Origin: Eledone cirrhosa
Lineage: Eukaryota
NCBI GenBank assembly: GCA_964016885.1
Contig: OZ024740.1
Span: 302,994,001-303,058,000 of the forward strand
Length of the DNA stretch: 64,000 bases
Direction: 5' to 3'
Both the position numbers and the translations under genes were made by a program. Below are positions 55,186-64,000 of the stretch, one piece after another; within the stretch, counting starts at the first letter, position 1; every line of letters begins with the position of its first letter. The notes below the pieces were generated by a model. The model was not told the origin of the DNA. It saw only the letters and a program-made list of their open reading frames with translations, and ran no database searches.

Positions 55186-56275
55186 CATTCACATACATTT
55201 AAAGTTTATCTATTCTCATTTGATATGCTTGCTGAACCAAAGGAGATTTAATGAATGCAACACTTTTTTTTATAAATTTATTCTGATAGGTTAATATATA
55301 TAGAATATTACACCTTTGATTAGGAAATATCAACTATACTCCAAAAGAGATATATTTACATTTTGTTGTTAATATCATTATATATAACTTTCATGTCTGT
55401 ATACCTTCAAAGGTTTTGATAGATTCCTAAATGTTGTTTTACAAGATGTTATCAATGTTTTATATTTTCCAAAAATATCAGTACCACTCCAATAATAATG
55501 CATAAAATCCCAAATTTACAATAATTGTTGACTTTTTGATTTGCTATATTCAGTGTAACCTCTCGTAATCAACTCTACTTAAGTCATTGAAAATCGAATT
55601 CATGTTTTCTAAACCTAATAAATAGTACTCATAAAATCTCTTTTAGTTTAGAAGTAATACCACATAAGGGATAGACACACTTTAAGCATATGTTTTTATT
55701 TTCTTTATGCACACATATATATGTAATAATGCATATTTATGTTTGTGAATCTTTTTATTTTAATGATACACCTGTGTGTAAACTGTTTTATTCTGAATCA
55801 ATGTATTCCATTAACATATATTTCATACAACAACTTGTTACAGAAGTGTTGTAGTGATTCATCAGCCATGTTTTCAAATATAAATATATAGAAAAGGTTC
55901 AACAGTAGAACATTTCTTTATTGTGGATTAGTATTTAATTACTAATCAGCAATACATGCAATATTTCCTATATGTCTATAAAAAAATTACCTGTAATATA
56001 TAATTATTCAAAAAGCCTTGATGTCGACATACAGAATAGCAAGTTAGTTTGTATTACTTATATATTTAGATATCTACAAAGCATCCTATTTAGTCAATAT
56101 TTTTAAGTCTAAATTTTCCTTAGATTTAGTTATCTGAAGCTCTTCCAGAAATTTCTAACCTCAATATTTTCATTTCTTACATACTTTATATTGGTTTTTC
56201 TGAAAATAAAACTAATTTCATACATACAAACACAGATACATAAATAAACACAGATACATGCACACAAACACAGAT

Positions 56276-56397
<122 letters not shown>

Positions 56398-56622
56398 AAA
56401 TAGTAGAGAGGAAAAAGATTTTTTCAGTAGAAAATGCTGAAGAGATTCTTTCAGTATAATATCAAAACATTTATTTATTTATAAAGTGGATATTTCCACA
56501 TTTAATAATTATTAAATGCCAAAATATCTACTTTATAAATAAATAAATGTTTTGATATTATACTGAAAGATTCTCTTCAGCATTTTCTACTGAAAAAAAA
56601 ATCTTTTTCCTCTCTACTATTT
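56398..56622. repeat. Palindrome with about 97-bp arms next to (TA)n
   Basis: aatagtagagaggaaaaagatt...tttataaagtggatattt pairs with aaatatctactttataaa...aatctttttcctctctactatt. Confidence 0.85.
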
Positions 56623-56671
56623 CTTTTTATATATATCAACTTGTGTGTTACTTTCCTACATTATATATATA

Positions 56672-56861
56672 AGGGCGGTGGATTGGCAGTATCGGTAGAA
56701 GGTCGGACGCCATGCTTTCCAGCATAGTTACGTCCCTTTACGATCTGAGTTCAAATCCCGCCAAGGTTGACTTTGCCTTTCATCCTTACGGGGTCGATAA
56801 AATAAAGTACCAGTAATGCACTGGGTAATTGCTGGCCTTGTGCCTAAAGTAGAAACAATTA
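56672..56861 (+). mobile_element. tRNA-derived SINE, family A
   Basis: A-box-like tggcagtatcgg, B-box gagttcaaatcc, core gcctttcatccttacggggtcgataaaataaagtaccag. Other copies: 7741-7934(-), 7210-7368(-), 47027-47216(-), 48169-48330(+), 48331-48420(+), 51102-51196(-), 2452-2497(+). Confidence 0.85.
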
Positions 56862-58162
56862 TATATATATATATATATATAATGTAGGAAAGTAACACAT
56901 TTATAAATGTGATATATATATATATATATATATATCACGTTTAATATAGAAATGGCTTCTACAGGACGAGAACTTTTGTTTTTAAAAATCATCAGGAAAG
57001 CCCTTACTAACTGTGGTTACCCCCAATTGAACCCAGGATTCACACACACACATATATATATACACATACATACACACACATACATATATATATATTTATA
57101 TATATGCATACATTCATATATTATATATAAAGGCAGAATCTTTAAGTTTGCTTTTCCATTTTTTATCGTTATATTTTGTAATATAAACGAAAATGTGAAA
57201 TATACTAAACTTTTGCTATTAATATACAACTACCATAAACTGACCCATTGGTTAATATCTAATTGATAAAATATTTGCATTGAAATATAAATTTCTTCTA
57301 CAAAACGTTTTCTTTTTTGTACTGAAACTAAAAGACTTACTTTAAATGAAATTTTGAATTAAGTATATTATTTTTATATGCATCTCAATACAAATGGTAC
57401 TACACACTGGGACATAATTTGTGTATATCTTTTTATTGCTTAATAGCTAGGCTGAAAGGTATTTGTTTTGGCAATTATTTTCAAGTTGTATAATGATATC
57501 CTATAAAAGCAAAACTTACAAAGATATTAAAATATATTTTAAGTATATCTTTTATGTTTTGAAGTAAGACTATTATCATAGCTTATGGCTTTCCTGGATT
57601 GGAAAGTTGTGGATGAGAGATGTGATTATTGTCTTATGCTTTATTTCATATTTTAAAAAGTAGAAATACATTGCCAGTAGCTGAGTTTCAGAGAAATAAG
57701 TTTTAGTGGTAGTATGCTGCTTAGCAAAAATAGTGTAGAGGTGATATGAAATTTAAAAAAAAAGAAATATATAGTATGAGACACAGCAAAAAGGATACCT
57801 GAAAGTTTATAATGCAATGAAATAAAAACTTCTTTAATTGATGATTTCCTCATCTATAGAAATATCAAGGCTGTTATGTGTGTTATATACCATCTTGCAA
57901 CAAAAATATGAGAGATGATTCATTAATACTAGAATGAATATAACATAGACACACAATGATATTTATTACATGAAATAAATTTTCTATAGTCAGTAACTAT
58001 AAATTATCGTTTCTAAGGAAATATTTTGCCTTTTTATTTCTATCTTATATATATATCGATATAATTTTTTAAATCCTTCAAAAATATAAAATCTGTTTAT
58101 TTGAAATGTTTTTAATTCTAATTTTTATTTCTATTTTATTTTATTTATTTATTTGTGATTAG

Positions 58163-58341
58163 AAAGCACAACATACCATTTCGGCCCCAATCCTGGCCTT
58201 CTTCAGTATACCTATCCATCGAAGAAACGTAAAGACAGAACGGAAGACCTCCTTGCTTTCGGATTAAAGACAAAACAAAAAGATGCCGTTCTTGTTCGAG
58301 TTCAAAGTAAAGATTCAGATGACTATTTGGAAGCAGAATTG
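58163..58341 (+). CDS. Nrx-1: neurexin exon: first part of LNS6
   Basis: Not in the ORF track. Acceptor tttgtgattag, donor GTAAGA at 58342; 179 nt, phase 1-0. Reads ESTTYHFGPNPGLLQYTYPSKKRKDRTEDLLAFGLKTKQKDAVLVRVQSKDSDDYLEAEL, similar to neurexin TTYIF..DRLAIGF..AVLVRVDS..DYLELHI. Confidence 0.92.
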
Positions 58342-58829
58342 GTAAGATCATCATGTAATTCCACTTTCGTTTATACAAAATCTATATATGATAAAATAAC
58401 TAGTTTACTGCTTAATAACAAATTTCAGTATCCCCAAATATCTTATCTTCTAGCACTTGTAAATGCATCTAACAAATTCTACCCACATGCACTGGAGAAA
58501 CCAAGACTTCAGTAGAAAATACTTTTTAGTCAAAGTGGTGTGGTGTGGAATTCATACCAGAAACAAAAGGATTTTAATAAAATGTTCTTAATAAATGGAA
58601 TCATTCCAGATCTACTCTGATCAATATATATGTATATATTGAACTTAATTAGCAGTAGCACTAACACAGCATGATTTGTAATAGAGTTGTATATGAAAGA
58701 GTATGCAGTACACGCATAATACTTCCTCTATTAGAAGTAGACAAACTCAACTCCTTTCCTTATTCCCAATATGCCTGGAATTAAAATTATAACAGAATTA
58801 TTAATATACCTAAGAACTTTAGCACAAAT

Positions 58830-59410
58830 CCATTTTGACTTGCAATATACAGAGGTGGAGTCATTTGTCTACCTGAGAAATGTGGTTGACCGATGTGGGG
58901 AACCAACCAAGACGGCACAGCCAGGATTGGCAAGGCAAGAGCAGCTTTCATCATGCTAAAGAATGTCTGGGCATCAAAAGAGATCTGCCAAAGAACTAAA
59001 CTTTGTATCTTCAACTCCAGCATGAAGGCAATACTGGTGTAAGGATGTGAAACTTGGAGGAAAACAAAGAAGATCCAGACATTCTTCAACACCTGTTTGA
59101 AGTGCATCTACAACATCAAATGGCCAAAGGTATGAAACGAAGATCTGTGGTAGCGGGTGGGGCATGAGAAGTGGAGCTGGATTGGACATACCCTCAGGAA
59201 ACCAGCATCCAATACCACACACCAAGCCCTGACCTGGAACCTGTAGAGGAAGAGAAGCTCCACGTCAGCTGGAGGCATGACACTGAAGCTGAATTAAGAA
59301 AACTAGAAACCAACTGGAGTGGAGTGGTAAGAGCAATCCAAGATCGTGTACGATGGAGGAGGGTCATCAATGGCCAATCCACAGAGAGTGCCGGGGCTGA
59401 ATGAATGATA
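58830..59410 (+). mobile_element. Degenerate RTE-like LINE 3' fragment in the intron between the LNS6 exons
   Basis: Frameshifted pieces EVESFVYL, RIGKARAAFIMLKNVW, GCETW, WIGHTLRK, QDRVRWR. Confidence 0.8.
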
Positions 59411-59747
59411 ATTGCATTTAATAAATTGAGTTAAAAGTCCCCTATAATAAACATTTTTACTCTTTGATTTTCCTTAGACTAAGAGGGCCCTCAGTTGTGT
59501 CAACGGTATGACAACTTCTCCTGAAATATGAGACTTTACATATGTGAGACACAGGTCCCTGGCTTGCCTGGGAGCTCAGTGACTTCACTTCAGTACTGAC
59601 TTGGTCTATATGAACCTGTCCAACCCTTGCTTCAAGGGAAAGTGGATGTTAAAAAGACAATGATTATGATTATTATTACTACTTACAAGACATTAATTTA
59701 TTTCAATGATTATTCAGTTTATCTCATATATAATTTACTTATTTCAG

Positions 59748-59919
59748 GTGGATGGAAACATATTTGTTGTATATAACATGGGCACGGCAGACCACCCAGT
59801 TGGTGAAGTCTACCATAAGGTAAATGATGGGGAATACCATGTAGTCCGTTTTACACGAAATGGTGCAAATTCAACCATCCAGGTAGACAACTATAAACCG
59901 CAGCCAAAACATCCAGACG
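59748..59919 (+). CDS. Nrx-1: neurexin exon: second part of LNS6, ending at the position of vertebrate splice site 4
   Basis: Acceptor ttatttcag, donor GTAAGT at 59920; 172 nt, phase 0-1. Reads [57 protein letters not shown], matching [22 protein letters not shown]. Confidence 0.94.
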
Positions 59920-60209
59920 GTAAGTGACACAATTCTTTTCTAATATATATGTTTGTCTTGCTCTCAATATATAGTAAATGAATATTCCATTTTTTCCCCA
60001 TATAAGTAAGTCTATATGTATACATATAGATATATGTGAAAAAAACCTGTCAATATGTATGCATATATATATATATGTGTGTATATATGTAATATATACG
60101 TAATATATACATCATATATATGTGTATATATATATAGATATATATATATGTTATATAATATAACATATATGTATGTATATATATATATGCATATATATAT
60201 ATGGTATAT

Positions 60210-60294
<85 letters not shown>

Positions 60295-62443
60295 GCATAT
60301 ATATACATATATATGTATGTACATATATATACATATATGTAATATATATGTATATGTGTGTGTGTAATATATATATATTGAACAACTATTTTAAAATATT
60401 TAAAAGAACGTTCAACTATTGCCTGTTTAATCAAATTCCTGATAGCATCATTCATTAAACCATCAATAGTCAATTTTTTGTAGCAAAATATTAAATACAC
60501 ATACATATATATACATTCACTCACATAAAATCCATATACTTCCAAGCATATATGTTTGTAATCTAAAAGACATTATATATACATATATACATATATACAT
60601 ACATATTATATCTAATTTTTTTTTAGAATTTAAATTAAGATCTGCAATTTTTATTATTCAATTAAACATATTAATTTGCTTTATTAAATTCCTCTACTTG
60701 TTTCCACTTCTAATTCTTAAAATCATTTGTGAAAAGAAGAAATTGAAAATAATAATCAGGTTAATCTTATATAACTTAAAATATATTTTCAGTGTAACAA
60801 AATAAAAATTTAAAAGATAGATTTAATAGTGTATTGTTTGATTTGAAAACCTCTATAGAATTGAAATACCATGTATTATGACACATCTTTGTTTTATAGG
60901 CTGCTGGTTTAAATTGTTTAATATTTAGTTGTGTGTATTCTGACATTTTGCTGATCACACATATCTGATGAGAAATGAAAAATAGAATATTTATATTATA
61001 TCTTGTTGTTGGTTTTTAGGAACAATTGTTAGTTTCTTAATTATTTCTGTAAAATTAATTGATATTTAATTTCATAAAATTCGCATAATAACATACTAGA
61101 AAATGGATAAATAACTAAATCAGAATATATTTATAAAGACAGATCTAAAGATTCCCATTTACTTGAGTATGTTAGGTTTATTTTATAATGAATAGCATTC
61201 CAAAATATATCTGGTTTCATAATTCTAGATTCTGTTACCCAAAGAACTCAAAATGTTCTATCATGCAAATTTGTTGGTTTAACAAACTCACAAACGTTAT
61301 GGATTTGGTTTTAAACAATTTCAAAATTATAAATACTTTCTCAGAAAAATAGTATACTACAGATTATATCTATGGTGTAGTTTCTTTTCTTTCTTTTTTT
61401 CTAGAAATCCTTATTCTAATTTCATAAATTCTTTTCAAAAGAAACTATAGTTGTAAATTAGATATTTTACTTTTAGTAAATCAATTCACATTATATAAAT
61501 AATATTACAAATATTGATGGAAATATAAAAGACAATGAAAAACTAAGAAAAAAGAATAAAACAAAAACCAAGCAATGAATAGAGTGGGGAAGGGGTAAAA
61601 AAGGGCAGATCTGACTGTATAGGAAAGTAGGAGAAAGAGGCTATAATTTGTAAATTGAACATGATATTAAAAAGCATTAACAGCAGTTTATATTTTGGCT
61701 ATGTAGTATATGATTGGAAAGTAGTGTTTTACTATTTTTATAAATGTTAACAAACTATATTTCACTGCTGCCTCTATTAGAATTTAGAAGAAATTTCTTC
61801 TAGTTGGTTCCCTGACCAATTTGAAAAGGCAGAATTATTAGTGCATTAGATTATTTGTTCTGGTACACGTGCTCTGGATTTTGCCTTAAATAAAGTACCA
61901 GGCCAGTGGTTGTGGATGAGGGAATAATCAAATGGCTAGATTTGATGCTTTGCGATATCTGATCTCACTCTGTGCATTCTGAGTTCTGTCAGGTTTGCAA
62001 CTAACAGATAGTATCAGCAATGTAAACACAAATGGAAACATTGTTTCCTTGGTCCAATCTGACGATCAGCTCCATTCCTTTCCATTCTTTCCTTAATTGG
62101 AAATAAATCTAAATATTAATTGTATCTGCATATGTCAACTATATACATACGTTTGTCTGTATGCATATGTATACACACACACATATATATATGGCAATAC
62201 AACACCCAAGGTAAAGGACTGTGAAAACCTCAGCTCTTTTACTGTTATCACTATAATTAACTCTACTTTATGTATTGAGTAATTTTGTTTTGTCCTTGTA
62301 TGGAACGGAATATGAATATTTCGGTTTTGATGATGAGTGTTCTAGTTTGTCAATCAGAACTGCCTGCTCATGAAATTAACGTGCCTGTACCTGAGCATTC
62401 CAGAAACATGTATGGTTTTCACCTATTTATCAGGGAGATTTCA

Positions 62444-62520
62444 TGTGACATAATGTGTGACATAACAGTTTCCATTGTGTGACATAACAGTTTCCATTGT
62501 GTGACATAACAGTTTCCATT
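62444..62520. repeat. 21-bp minisatellite, 3 units plus a partial
   Basis: gtgtgacataacagtttccatt repeated. Confidence 0.85.
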
Positions 62521-62818
62521 TACCCAATTTCACTCACAAGATATAGGTCTAGCCTACAGCAAATTACACTTGCCCAACATATCATGCAGTGGGATCAAAC
62601 CTAGGACTTAATGGTTGTGAAGCAAACTTCTTAAAATACGGCAGCCACTTGTTTGTATAAACAGAGATAAACACACACACATACACACACATATATATAT
62701 ATATATATATGGAGGGGAGGGATCTGTCTGTATATATATTTATATATATATATGAATATGCATATATATATAATGTATATATATATATGTATATATATTT
62801 ATTTATAAATATATATAT

Positions 62819-62857
<39 letters not shown>

Positions 62858-64000
62858 AAAATAGGCAAGCAAGGTATATTAAATGTTTTGTGTTTTTACA
62901 AAAACGGAATTAGAAAATGATATATCTTAAAAGTTTGAGAGGGGTACAGTAAAATTTGATTGTATTTTACTAAAGTAGAAAATAAAAGAAAACAAAATAA
63001 CTGGGATGAAAACAACATTTGTAACTCAGTGTCATTAATAAAAGATGTTATTCATAATAACATTTCTTTTAATATTAAAAAGCACTTAAATATGCTGTTC
63101 TCTTCCTATGAGCACAAAAATATGAACAACCAATCAATTAGGTTTTAAATAAATTGATGCCCAAGTATACATAATATATTTAAGTAATATTTTTTTCTTC
63201 CATGAATTTAACAACTAAGACAAAAACGTTTAAAACATCAAATTTGGAGTTTCTGGTATGTTTCTTTGGGTTTTCTAGTTATTTTTAGTCAATACAATTT
63301 TTGTTCCAAAGATTATTGTTGTCAGTGGTATTGCGCCGGTAGTCATTTTTAATAAAAGGTAATAGAGTCCATTGAAATGTTTCTACAAGGCTACGTCTAT
63401 AATTTTACTTCGTTTTTTTTTTGGGGGGGGGGGGGGGGGCGGAGGTTGATAGAATTAAATTATTGGATCAGTTAAGGAGATTAATTTGTTTTATAGATAT
63501 ATCAATTTTTTTATATTCTGAGAAAATTTCTAATGGTAAATTCTCTCAACAGATATTTTTCCGATTGCTCCCATTAATGCTTTTATAGCCAACATTTATT
63601 ACATTTAATAAAATTAACAACTAAATATGAATTATTTAATTTCCTCATAATTTCTATCTTTAACATTGTCATTGTTTTCTTCTGAGAAAATCATAGTTTG
63701 ATGTTTAGAAAATAATATAGTGCATTAACTTAATAGAAACTTCAATTTTGATATTTCAATAATTGTCAATAAAATTTGGCAGGAATTAAATTAATTTCAT
63801 TATATTTTAAGTTCTTAAGATATATAAAAGTATCTCTACTGTCTTTGTATTTCAATTTATTTCTTATCTGGATGTTAGCAACACAGACTTCCAGTTATTC
63901 TAGCTCAATGCCTGTCTTCCTTATTTGTCTGAATTCAGTATACTCTCTCTGCTATTCTCTAAACTACTTCAAACTCCAGTAGTTGGATGACTATCCCCCA

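Noticed and set aside
59920-64000. SS4-like cassette exon or the final LNS6 exon
   Set aside because: No convincing neurexin-like sequence found; the next exon probably lies beyond the window.

Overview
AT-rich animal genomic DNA, probably an octopod cephalopod (inferred from the SINE/RTE repeat types and the dense (TA)n tracts; not provable from the window). It holds four + strand coding exons of an alpha-neurexin gene with consistent splice phases: end of LNS4 plus LNS5 (1275-2027), EGF3 (13340-13459) and two LNS6 exons (58163-58341, 59748-59919). Nearly all ORFs in the supplied track are microsatellite artefacts. The 44.7-kb EGF3-LNS6 intron contains RTE-type LINE fragments, SINEs, (TA)n arrays and, unexplained by the ORF track, about 15-20 type-I hammerhead ribozyme motifs (intact, degenerate or half) from several sequence families. 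Most sit in long palindromes inside (TA)n tracts, consistent with Penelope-like or retrozyme elements. The top finding is a near-identical 312-bp tandem array (43815-45112) with one intact hammerhead per unit followed by an inverted block, predicting self-cleaved 312-nt, possibly circular, RNAs. All structures were read by eye; no folding or database search was run.
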